From positions 672,001 through 736,000 of the forward strand of contig CAVYKI010000003.1 in NCBI GenBank assembly GCA_963769025.1: a stretch of 64,000 nucleotides of DNA, given 5' to 3'. Under the pieces are notes generated by a model that worked only from the letters and a program-made list of their open reading frames with translations, was not told where the DNA came from and did not search any database. The translations under genes were made by a program, and so were the position numbers. The stretch is from an uncultured Verrucomicrobiae bacterium. Its GTDB lineage: Bacteria; Verrucomicrobiota; Verrucomicrobiia; Chthoniobacterales; Chthoniobacteraceae. Below are positions 21,101-31,320 of this stretch, one piece after another (within the stretch, counting starts at the first letter, position 1; the number at the start of each line of letters is the position of its first letter).

Positions 21101-24100
21101 AGGTTGAGCGTGTTGACCTGCGCGCCGGAGTCATCGGTCAGGCGTCCGGCCCCGCGGAGGGTGAGGCGGCCATACACGTCGAACACGGGCGATGCGCTGT
21201 TGCCGGTGAGTTCCAGCAACCGCGGCGATCGACCCGGCATCCGCCACGCGGAAGACGGTGGTGTTGCCGGTGTAGCTCTGGTCGCCGTAGATGCGGATGC
21301 TCGCACCCGAGCCCGAGGGCGTGGCACCCGGGAAAATGGGTGCTTTTCCGAGCTCCACGGAGGCGGTCCCGGTGAGCACGTTCGAATTCACGATGGTGAG
21401 GGTGCCGGAATTGCTGCCGCTGAAGATGTAGCGGTTGTCCACGGTCGCCCCGAGGGTGTCCGCGGTGTAGAAGGTATTCGACACTGCGGAGATGCCCCAC
21501 TGGCCGGAGCCGAGCCGGGCGAGGTTGATGGGCGTGGTCCAGAGACCTTCGCTCAGCCCGAGTGCGATGGAGCCGTCCGTGAGCGAACGCAGGCCGTAAT
21601 CGGTGAGCGGCGCATCCGTGAGCAGGTCCACGCGCGTGGTCGAGCCGCGCTCCGAGCCGTAGATGCGGACTTCCTGGTTGTTCCCGGGATGGAGGACGTT
21701 CGCGGCGGTGAGGATGTTCGAAGGCGCGGTGATGCGGATCGCGGAGCCCTGGTTGACGATGATGTCGCCCGTGCCGGCGTTGGACGTCGCAGTATTCACC
21801 AGCGTGATGCCCGGGGAGCGGATGTCATCCAGCCCACGGGTGCCGAAGATGAACGTGCCACCGGTGATGACCACGCCGCCGCTCCACGTGGCGCTGTTGT
21901 CGCCGCCGATGGAAAGATCGGAGCCGCCGATTTTCGTTCAGCGTGTAGCCCTTGCCACCGTCGGTGATGGTGCCGGCGAGGACGAGCTGGCTGTCCGTCT
22001 GGATCCGGGCGTGGTTCGTCAGCGTGATCGTGCCATCGAAGCGCGGGATGAAATTGTTCGATTGGTTCGTCAGGAAGCGCTGCACGTCCAAGGTCAGGTC
22101 ATTGAAGACCAGCAGCTTGTTCTGACCGGCGCCGGTCGCGCGATCCGTGCGGAAAATGGAGTCGCCGCCCTGGTGGACGACGTTGTTGCCGATGTTGATG
22201 CGCTGCTGGTTGCTGGTGCTGTCGCCGATGGCCAGCGCCGTGAACTGGCCGCCGCGCAGCAGGATCGTGGTGGACTGCCGGGATCGGCCGAGGTGTTGGT
22301 CGTCGGCGTGGCCCACGAGTTGTCGTTCACCCACGCGGCGACGGTGCCGCGCGTGATGTCGAGCGTCTCCAGCGTGTTCGGCTTGTTGCCGTTGATGTTG
22401 CTCAGCGTGAGCGTGCCCGCGCCCGCCTTGACCAGCTTGGAACCGGCGGTGCCGAGGATCTGGCCGTTAAATTCCTGGCTGCTGTCCTCGCGGCCCACGG
22501 TGAGCGTGTTGCCGCCGAGGATCAGCGTGCCGGCGGAGAACTGGAACGAGTTGCTCGGGTTGAGCGCGGAGAGGTTGCCGAACTCCTGGTCAAAGCCGCC
22601 CAGGTCCACCGTCGTGCCCGGGGACATGATGAGGACCGAGCCGCTGGTGCCGGCCAGATTCGAGAAGAACGGCAGCACATTCGCCGCGGTGAATTTCAGC
22701 GTGCCGCGGTTGAGCTCGATGTTGCCCTGAAACTGCTGCACCGCGCCGATCTCCAGCGTGCCGGCGCCGAACTTCGTGAGGACGGTGGTCAGCGTGTTGT
22801 TGGAGTTGTTGCGGAAGTTCCGGATCGGGACGTTCAGCGAGGAGATTGCCGCGTCGTCCACGTAGAGCGAGAGGGCGGTGTCCTCGATGTTGATGCGCGA
22901 GCCCGCGGCGCCGTTAATGTCGGCGCCGTTGTTCAGGATGATGCCGCCGCCGTTGGCCGGCGTGGCGGTGTCTCCGACGAGCAGCCGGAAGCCGCCGAGA
23001 TCGATGTTGGTATCCGTGCGGAACGCGAAGACCCCGCGGTCGGCCGTGAGCGTGCCGCCAACACCGGTGGCGTCGAAGACCTGCGTGGAGCCGGCGACGG
23101 TGTCGATGTTGCCCGTCGCGCCGCCATAGGCGTACGTGCCCACGCTGGTGGCTCCGCCGGTGATGTAGTTCGCGGCGTTGTTCGTGCCGGTCGTGGTGTG
23201 GACCGCCCAGGGACCGACGATGCCGTTCACATTGGCGAGCGCGGAGGTGAAGGTGAAATTTTCCTCCGTGCCGAGCGCGCCGCGGACGGGGACAAAGCTC
23301 ACCGTGCCGGCCGCCCCGCTGCGGACGAGCGAACCGAATCGCAAAGTCGTGGTGAAGGCGTCCGCCGCGAGGTCTTCGACCCCGACGCGGGCACCGCCGG
23401 ACACCGTCAAGGCACCCGTGCTGGTGGTGGTGGAACTTGCTCCCGCCAGCCCGCGCAACTGGACCTCCGCATCGAGGATCGTCATGCCCCCCGTGCCGAA
23501 CGGGCTGCCGCTGGTCGCCTGCGCGTGGCCGATGAGGATGCCCTGCGTGACCGTGGTGAGGCCGGTGTACGTGTTGCCGGTCCCGGTGGAGGGATTGAGG
23601 ATCACGGTGCCGTTGCCCAGCTTGTTGATGTCGAAGCCGCCGCTGATCACGCCGGTGAAGGTGGTATCGCCACCGACGAAGGACGAGAGCGCCATGCCGC
23701 GCGTGGAGAGGCTCACATTGCCGCTGAAGGTCTTCGCGCCCGCGTCCAGGCCGCCGAGGGTCTGCACGTTGCCGGTGCCGGTGTTGATGAAGTTCCGGCT
23801 GATGTTGCGGACGCCCGACGCGAGGATCTCGGAGAAGACATTGTTCCGGAAGGTGACGGTCGAGGAACCCCCACCGAGAGCAGCGTCATCCCCGAGGACG
23901 ATGTAGCCGTTGGAAATCGTGACGGTGCCCAGGAATCCCGGGCTGGCCGCATTCAGAACGAGGGAACCCTCGTCATGCTTCTCGAGGGCGATCGTGCCGG
24001 CGCCGGTGATCGGGCCGGTGATGGTCGTGAGCGCTCCGCGGGTGCGCAGGCTGATGGAGCTCGTGAGCGTAAGGCTCCGGGGATTTCGATCCTGTAGCCG

Positions 24101-27100
24101 TTCGCACCGTCGAAAAACAACGCGCTGCTGCCCGAGCTTCCGACCGTGTAACCCCCGGCATGCGAGATCGTGAGATCGGGCAGGATGACGGTGACATCCT
24201 CCGAGCCCGCAGTCGTCGGGCCGACCGAGATGACGCGCGAGGACTCCGGCATTGCCACCGGTGCCGGTAGTCATCGTGGCATTGGCGATGAGTGTGCGGA
24301 CCTGCGCCATCGATGCGGAAATCGATATCGGAAATGCGGTCGCTGTTCGTGTTGAACTGCAAGCTCGATGCAGGTGAACCGGCGGCGCCGACGTGCGTGA
24401 GGACCAGGCGGCCCTGTTGCACGATGGTGTTGCCGTCATAGGTGTTGTCGGCGGTCAGGATGAGCATGCCGCCGTTCATCTTTTGCAGCGTCTGGGCACC
24501 CGTGGCCTGGTCACCGATGATGCCGTTGACGGTCACGAGGCCCCGGTCCGGGGTGTAAACATTGTCGCTCCCGATGAGGAGGGAGATGGTGTTGGCCGAG
24601 TTGGCGAAGTTGATGTTGTTGACGGCCAGGTCGGTGAAGTTGTTGCCGATGCTGAAGACTTGCAGCGTCCGGTTGGCGTCGAACGTCAGGTCGCCCATTT
24701 GCGTGGTATTGAAACCGCCGCCCCCGAGCGTCGTGGTGCGGATTGTGCCTGTGCCACCGATGACGCTCACATTCCGAGCCGCATACTGCGTGCCGACCGA
24801 GCCGCCGAAGTTCCCACCCGCCACGTCGAGCCGGAGTTCGCCCGAACGGATGGTGATGTCCGCCGTGCCGGTGCCCAGCGCCGCGTTTTCGCCGACCTGC
24901 AGGATGCCGCCGCTGCCGATGGTCACCGTGCCGGAGAAGTTTGGCTGCGCCTTCGGGATGTAGATGGTGCCGTCCGTGTAATTGCGGTCCGTATTGTCCG
25001 GAGCGCCGATGATGAGCGGGAAGGCGCCCTGGAGCACGTCGGCATTCGCGATGGTGAACACTGCGGAGTTGTTGCTGTTGCCACCGAAGCGGTAGGCCTG
25101 GACCGCACCGCCCGAGGGCGAGAGGGTCGTGCCGGTGAAGACGGCGCCGCCATTGTCCGCGCCAAACCAGACCTCGACATTCGGCGCGACCGCAAAGATC
25201 AGCCCGGGGATGTCCGCCTGGAAGTTGCGGTTGCTGCCGAGGATCACGGAGATACGGCGCGCCTGGCCGCTCTGGTTGTTGGCGATCAGGAAATTGTTCC
25301 CGCCCGTGTTGGGAATGCCCCCGGTGGCGGTGAAGCTGTTGAAGGTGATGGTCGGATTACCGAGCGCGTCCAGGCCCGTGCCGTAGCCCGGCCCGAGGTC
25401 GAGCGCCGCAGGCGTGTCGTTGCTGATGTTTTGAAGGATGACCACCTGCCGTGAGCCGATGTTGCCGGGGCCCTCGATGTAGAGGAGGCCGCCCTGGTTG
25501 ATCTGAATGTCGTTGCCCGCGACGTTTGCGCCCGCAGTGCCGGTGCCGCTCAGCCAGACTTCGCCTTCGCTGATGATGGTGCCGCCCTCGTAGCTCTTGG
25601 GCGTGTTGAAGATCAGTTCGCCACCGCCGCGCTTGACGATGCCGCCATTGGTGATGTCGCCCGAGATGATGCCCATCACCGCGCGGTTTCCGCCGGACGC
25701 GCTCCCATCGAGGCGGATGTAGCGCTGCTCTCCGCCGAGATCGAGGGCATTGACGAGCGTGGCGACATGCGTGGCGTTGCCGCCATTGAGCGTGAAGACA
25801 CCGGGATTGAACGTCGCGCTGCCCCACGTGACCGCGGAGCCCATGCCGCCGAAGTTGATGTCGATCGGCGCACCATAGGCCGAAAATCCGGACCCGGTGC
25901 CGCCGAGGAACTGCACCTGCCCGACTCCCGTGCCGAGGGCGCGCGTGAAGTGGCCGTCGTTTTCGTACGTGCTCTGGTTGATCGCCGACCCGCCGAAGGT
26001 GAGATTGCCCGAGCCGAGCGCCACGGCTTTGGAGCCGATGACCCCGCGGAACTGGCCTTCGTTGATGAACGTGGTGCCGGTGTAGCTGTTGGCGGTCACG
26101 AAGGAAGCCGTGCCGCCCCCGGTCTTGACAACCGAGACCTTGTTCAGGCCGTTATCCGTGACGTCGGAGATGATGGTGCTCGAGTTCGTGCCGATGAGAT
26201 ACAGCTCGTAACTGCTGGCCGCACCCGCGGTGAGGAAGGGCACGGAGATCGTGTGCGTGGTGTTGCCGGTCGTGATGACGCCGCCGGCGTCCACGATGAG
26301 CGTCGTCCCCGGGTCGCCACTGAGCGTGCGCGCCGTGGTGCCCGCCATGTTCAGCGACTGAACAGTGCGGTTCGCGGTGATGGTGCGGTTGCCGCTGGTG
26401 ACCTTGATGTTCTGCCCCGCTGCCCAAGTCCCCTCCGCGGTGTCGATGGCGTAGTCTGCATTGCCCAAGGTCGCATAACCAAAGCCACCCAAGGTGGTGT
26501 CATTGTACTTCAGGAATTCAGTCTGCGTGGTCGAACTGCCGAACCCGTAAGCCCAGCCGCCGACGAAGGCCACATCGCCAGTACCCTCGATGGCGGAATT
26601 GAGGATCCTGTATTGCGCTCCGGCACCGATGCCATTGGCCGCGCCACCATCGCCAGACATGCGAAGTGTAGTGCCAGCGTTGCGGGCGAAGCTGGTCAGC
26701 GTGATCGTGTGAGCAGCACCGCTCGTGGTATCCCGGAGATCGATGAGCGCGTCGCCTGACGTGAGCGTCACGGGGCCGACCACTTCATTCCAAACCGTGG
26801 TGTTGGTATTGTTGAACGCATTGTTTTCCAAGCGGATGCGCCCGGCGCTCAGGAAGATTGGAATATCGTCATCGACCTGATTCTGAAAGGCGGCCCCACC
26901 CGTCGTCTGGGTCGCGAGCATCTGCAGAAGGCCATTCTTAATCGTGATCGACGAGATGTTCTCGTAGCCGTTGACCCCGGTGGTCACGCTGGAACCCTCC
27001 GCACGAAGTTCACCCAACTCCGATAAAATCGTGCCGCTCACGGTCGACGCGGTGTTCGTGATACGAAAACCGCTGAGGCCGTAGTGGACAATGTTGCCGG

Positions 27101-28562
27101 TCCCGGTGACCACGCCGGAGAGGGAGACAAACCCGATGCCGCCCGCGCGCAGCGTATACCCTGGCGTAGCGCCCATGGAAAATGCGCCACTGAGCGTGAA
27201 CGTGCCCGTGAGGTCCGCTTGAATGCGCGCATCGTCGGCGAGGGTCACGGCACCGTTGACCGTCGTGCCGTTCGCACCCATCAGATTGCGCAGCGCGCCG
27301 TTGTTCCGGAAGCCGTTGCCGCTGATCGTGACGATCTCCGCCGGGTTGCCGATGGCGCCCGAGCCGTTCGCATCCGGTCCGAAGGCGAGCGTGCCGCCGG
27401 CAGTCACCACGGTCTCGTTGCCGGCCCCGATGGCACCGAGCACCGCGCCATCGTTGGCGAACGGCACGTCAAGGATCATGCCCCCGCTGATCGTCGTCAC
27501 GCCCGTGTAGGAACTCGTGCCGCGAAGGACCAGTGTGCCGTCGCCCGTCTTGCTCAGCCCGCCGCCACCCGAGATGTTGCCGGTGGAGACGACGAGACCC
27601 TCGGCGACATTGATGTCCCCCGAGAATGAATTCGCCCCGGAGAGCACCAGCGTCCCCGTTCCGAGCTTGGTGAGACCGCCGGTGTTCGTGCTGTCGATGA
27701 TGCCGAACATTTCCACATTCTGGCCGTTCGTATCGAGTTTGATGGATGCGGCGCTGTTCTTGATGACCGGCGAGTAGTCCGTCCCCGTGGCGCTGTCCGC
27801 CGTGTACTGCAGCGTGCCGCCGCCGAAGGTAATGACGCCCACGGTTCCCAAGGCGTCCGCGCTGCCTGCACGCAGGATGCCGGCGTTGATGAAAGTGTCG
27901 CCCAGGTAAGTCGCCATCCCGCCGAGCACCAGATTACCCGCGCCCGACTTCGTGAGCGACCAGAAATTGCCACCGTCATCGATATCCGAAAGCACCGTGA
28001 GCGTCTTGCCCGCGGCGACATTCCAGTCGTTGTTCCCGCCGAGGAGGACAGAACCCCCGAGCCCGCTCCGGATGGTCGCCGACTCGTTTGCGATGATGCC
28101 GGTGTTCAGCGTGAGGCTGTACGTGTCCGTGAAAATCGTGTAGGTCCCGCTGTTCGGCGTATTGAACGTGAGACTGCCCGCGGTGACGGCCGACCCGAGC
28201 GCCACGGTGCGGGCGATGCCCGAGGTGCCGCCACCGAAGATCGCGTCGTCGGGAGTGGCGTTGTTCCATGTCGTATCGCCGGCGCCCGTGTTCCAGTTTC
28301 CGATGCCGTTGGCCCAGATCTGATACTGGTTGGTGGTGAAACCGAGATTGCCGTCCTGAACTGCGGCACCGTCCCCGGTGAGAACATCCCATATCAGCGA
28401 AGCCCCCCGGGCCGGCGCGACCGTGGTCGCCAGCATGACAGAAGCCGCGAGCAGCGCCGCGGAGCCCGCAAGGATGCGACTGCAAACCGGCTTGCGAGAT
28501 TCGAACGCCGGCTGCTTTTTGTGTTTGCGGCTCGTGCGGAGGTTGAGGCGGTTTGCTTTCAT
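15164..28562 (-). CDS. Giant surface protein 1 (~4,460 aa): autotransporter-associated beta-strand (passenger) repeats plus PEP-CTERM; ~10 frameshifts
   Basis: Start MKANRLNLRTSRKHKK..ILAGSAALLAASVMLATTVAPARG (long signal peptide); many LTKxGxGTLxLxGxNxYxGxTxxxxGxL repeats; G/T/N/A-rich. The frame continues across junctions at ~24290, 24245, 24080, 22285, 21935, 21225, 20940, 20235, 20165 and 17415. Ends VPEPATSALIGSIALCALIGYRERRR. Confidence 0.85.
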
Positions 28563-28808
28563 TGGATAAGGAGGGTTGGGTTCGCTCGGAGGGGGAGATT
28601 GCGTGATGAGAAAATGGGGGTTTGCTCGCAGATGCTTCAGAGGGGCAGCACGTGCGCGCTTCCCCCCGCGCAAGGCGGGCATTCGATCGGGCATCGCCGT
28701 GCTCCGGAGCCGCGCGGACGTACGCGGTTGATGCGGAAATTTATCACGCGCAGGCGGGAAGTGCTGGAGGGGGTCGTTTTCATTCGGGAGTCAGTGCTGA
28801 CAGCCCGA

Positions 28809-28934
28809 GAAATAGGCCACGGACGCCAATCCGCGCAAAACGATCACAAGACCCCAGAAACCGAGGGCCGGATGGCTAATCAAACGACAAATCCGTGGCA
28901 GTTTTTACGACACGAATGTCGTGTTGCGAAGCCG
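28809..28934 (-). promoter_or_regulatory. Conserved upstream element / putative promoter of giant protein 1 (copy 1)
   Basis: Minus strand GCAACACGA-N4-CGTGTCGTAAA-N41-GGTTTCT-N10-GATCGTTTTGC; TTGCGC-N18-TATTTC. Aligns without gaps to 31176-31301. Confidence 0.7.
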
Positions 28935-29313
28935 CTCCGCGTGGCTCTGAAACACGGGACTCCCGGCCTCATCAGAGGGAATGCCGCCCACTCGCCTGCC
29001 AATCCTACGGAAACCACCGTCCGGACTCACGACGAAGGCGCGTCGTCGAAACATTCGCCGCAGCGTGCGGGAACCGGCGGCGGCGATTTGGAAACTGCCG
29101 AGGCCGGTCCGTGAATGCGGGTCGAAACAACCATCCGCAGAGCCCCTGTGACAATCGCGAAGGCGCGTAGGCTAGACGCCTTCCTAATTTATTATCTCAC
29201 ACGGGGAAAGTCGTGTGCGGCATCGCCGTGAGCCGTGAAGTCGCCTCCTGCGTCGGGTGCACCCGCGCGTCCTACCGCCCTTCGAAAACGCGGGCCGGGC
29301 CCGGGCGCCGCAG

Positions 29314-29997
29314 TCACTCCTCCAAATCCTTCACCCAGTTCGCGGCGACGGAATACAGCTGCGTGGCGCTGCCGACCCCGAGCTTCTCCCGGACGCGGGC
29401 GCGGTACGTCTCCACGGTCGAATTCCCGAGGTTCAACGCTTTCGCGATGTCCTTCACGCTATGCCCCCGGCCGATGAGTTGGAAAATCTCCAGTTCACGG
29501 TCGGTCAGCGCCTCCACCCCCATCTGGGTCGTCGAAGCCGAGCCCGAGGCCATCCGTTTCAGCAGGCTCGATGTCACCTCGGCACTCAAATAAATCTCGC
29601 CGGCCAACACCTGCCTCATGGCCTTCATCAGCTCGGACGCCGGCTGCGATTTGTTGATGTATCCCCTGCCGCCAGCCTGCAAAACGCGCTCCGCGTAGAG
29701 CGACTCCTTGTGCATGGACAATACGAGCGTTGGCAGCTGGATCTCCTGCGAACGGATATCCTTGAGAAATTCCAACCCCCCAGGCCCGTCCTTCAGGCTG
29801 ATGTCCACGACGGCGAAATCCGGGCTGGCCTGCCGGATGATCTCCATGGCATCCCTGATATTGTCCACGGCACCGCATATCTCCATGTCCGGTTCCTCGG
29901 TGATGATTCGCGCAATCTGGTCGCGAAACATGGGGTGATCCTCGACGAGAAGCACTTTGATCTTTTTGGCGTCCGTTTGCTGGTTTGATGGACTCAT
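29314..29997 (-). CDS. NarL/LuxR-family response regulator
   Basis: KVLLVEDHPMFR, VVDISL, VLSMH, GYINK; HTH LTDRELEIFQLIGRG..IAKALNL..TVETYRARVREKL. Confidence 0.93.
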   Translation of the reverse strand: MSPSNQQTDAKKIKVLLVEDHPMFRDQIARIITEEPDMEICGAVDNIRDAMEIIRQASPDFAVVDISLKDGPGGLEFLKDIRSQEIQLPTLVLSMHKESLYAERVLQAGGRGYINKSQPASELMKAMRQVLAGEIYLSAEVTSSLLKRMASGSASTTQMGVEALTDRELEIFQLIGRGHSVKDIAKALNLGNSTVETYRARVREKLGVGSATQLYSVAANWVKDLEE

Positions 29998-31052
29998 GGG
30001 CTGAGAGTGTTGGTTCGTCGCTTAGCTCCGGCATCGTCTGAAAGCAAGCAGACGACCCGCGTTCCCCGGGGGATGCGGGGAAGCAATTGAATCAGGGCCC
30101 CCATCTGCGCGGCCCGGTAATTCATCGTGCGAAGGCCAATTCCCCTCGTCATGCCCGATTCGGGCCGGACTCCGATACCGTCGTCCGCGATCTCGAGTTC
30201 GACCCGCCCTCCCGCTGTGGACAGTTTCACGGCGATGTTTCGCGCCTTGGAATGTTTGATTGAGTTGCTCACTGCTTCCTGGGCGATCCGATAGAGGTGC
30301 ATCGCCGCCTCGGGTTCCAGTCTTGCCGTGTGCCCGGATTGCGAAAAAGTGACCCGGACGCCCTCAGCCACGATGGTGCTCATCGATACGAGTTCATCCA
30401 GCGCCACAGGAAGTCCTTCGCTGCCCATCTGGACGGGAAAAAGTCCGTGCGCAAGCCGCCGGGTCTCCGTTAGCGCTTTCCTCACGTAGCCTTCCGCTTC
30501 GCGGCACTTGGCGGCTTCGTCCGGGCGCTCCGGGGCCAGTCGTTTCGCCAGCGACTCCATCGCGAGCGCGGTGCCGGAAAGCAACTGGCACACTCCGTCG
30601 TGCAATTCACGGCCGAAATGGCGCTGCTGTTCCTCAAGCTCGTTCAAGATATCCCTCCGAAGCTCTGCTTCCCGCTGCAAATCCCTCTGAACCGCTCCTG
30701 CCCTCTCTCGCTCGTACGCCTCCAAATTTCTCAGGAGCGCCGCCCCGAAAGCGACGAAGAGCAAGTACGCAGTGCGGGTGACGGTCACCCACGCAAACGC
30801 GATTTCGGAATGATAAGGGTGGGAGCTCCAGTTCCCCAGCCACCAAACCGACGCAGACGCCAATGCGAACGCCACCGCTACCCGTCGGTTGACCGCGTAA
30901 CCAACCACGAAAATCGGCAGCCCGTAAAAAAAGAACATGCTGAATTCCCATCCGGTGATAAAATCGAGCGTGCCGATGCCGAGCGTGGCAACCGCCGCCA
31001 GCACGACCACCCAACGTTCGGGTAATTTTCGGAAATCGGACAGCCAGGACAT
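29994..31052 (-). CDS. NarX/UhpB-type sensor histidine kinase (HisKA_3) with an N-terminal 4-TM domain
   Basis: Four TM segments; RELHDGVCQ H-box; LYRIAQEAVSNSIKH, IADDGIG and GIGLRTM. ATGA overlap with the regulator. Start uncertain (31052 preferred; 31151 possible). Confidence 0.9.
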   Translation of the reverse strand: MSWLSDFRKLPERWVVVLAAVATLGIGTLDFITGWEFSMFFFYGLPIFVVGYAVNRRVAVAFALASASVWWLGNWSSHPYHSEIAFAWVTVTRTAYLLFVAFGAALLRNLEAYERERAGAVQRDLQREAELRRDILNELEEQQRHFGRELHDGVCQLLSGTALAMESLAKRLAPERPDEAAKCREAEGYVRKALTETRRLAHGLFPVQMGSEGLPVALDELVSMSTIVAEGVRVTFSQSGHTARLEPEAAMHLYRIAQEAVSNSIKHSKARNIAVKLSTAGGRVELEIADDGIGVRPESGMTRGIGLRTMNYRAAQMGALIQLLPRIPRGTRVVCLLSDDAGAKRRTNTLSP

Positions 31053-31175
31053 CTGCGCTTGATGGAACAAATGGAGTGGTTCTGCAATCATTCCCAGCTT
31101 GGGAGAGGCGTGCGCATCGATACCTTGCCACGTCTGGAACGGTTTGCGCATTCGAGCTTAGTGGGGCACCAGGAT

Positions 31176-31301
31176 CGTTTTGGCAAAACGAAGCCCGTGT
31201 CGTAAACATTGCGACCAACTTGTAGCGTTAGCGACCGTCGCGTGATGGGTTTCTACGGCCTGCCGATCGTTTTGCAGGCCACGCTCCCGTAAGCGTACTT
31301 G
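31176..31301 (+). promoter_or_regulatory. Conserved upstream element / putative promoter of Verru_Chthon A (copy 2)
   Basis: GCAAAACGA-N4-CGTGTCGTAAA-N41-GGTTTCT-N10-GATCGTTTTGC; TTGCAG-N18-TACTTG. Same spacing as copy 1. Confidence 0.7.
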
Positions 31302-31320
31302 GGGTTTAACACCATTTGCC

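Noticed and set aside
29159..29195. GAAGGCG..CGCCTTC hairpin followed by an AT-rich run
   Set aside because: The T-rich tail is on the plus strand, opposite to the adjacent minus-strand genes; no supported transcript to terminate.
29272..29279. GGCGGTAG ops-like word upstream of giant 1 on the minus strand
   Set aside because: An 8-mer expected by chance at this GC; the downstream TG is missing, it lies upstream of the predicted promoter, and no RfaH-like gene is in the window.
28835..31275. The two shared elements as terminal inverted repeats of a transposon carrying the two-component system
   Set aside because: Only ~66% identical with block-like conservation; no transposase or target duplication seen. 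Promoter-like geometry fits better, though an ancient mobile origin is not excluded.
31260..31276. GATCGTTTTGC as a sigma-54 -12 box
   Set aside because: Neither copy has the required GG at -24 (GC and TG instead).
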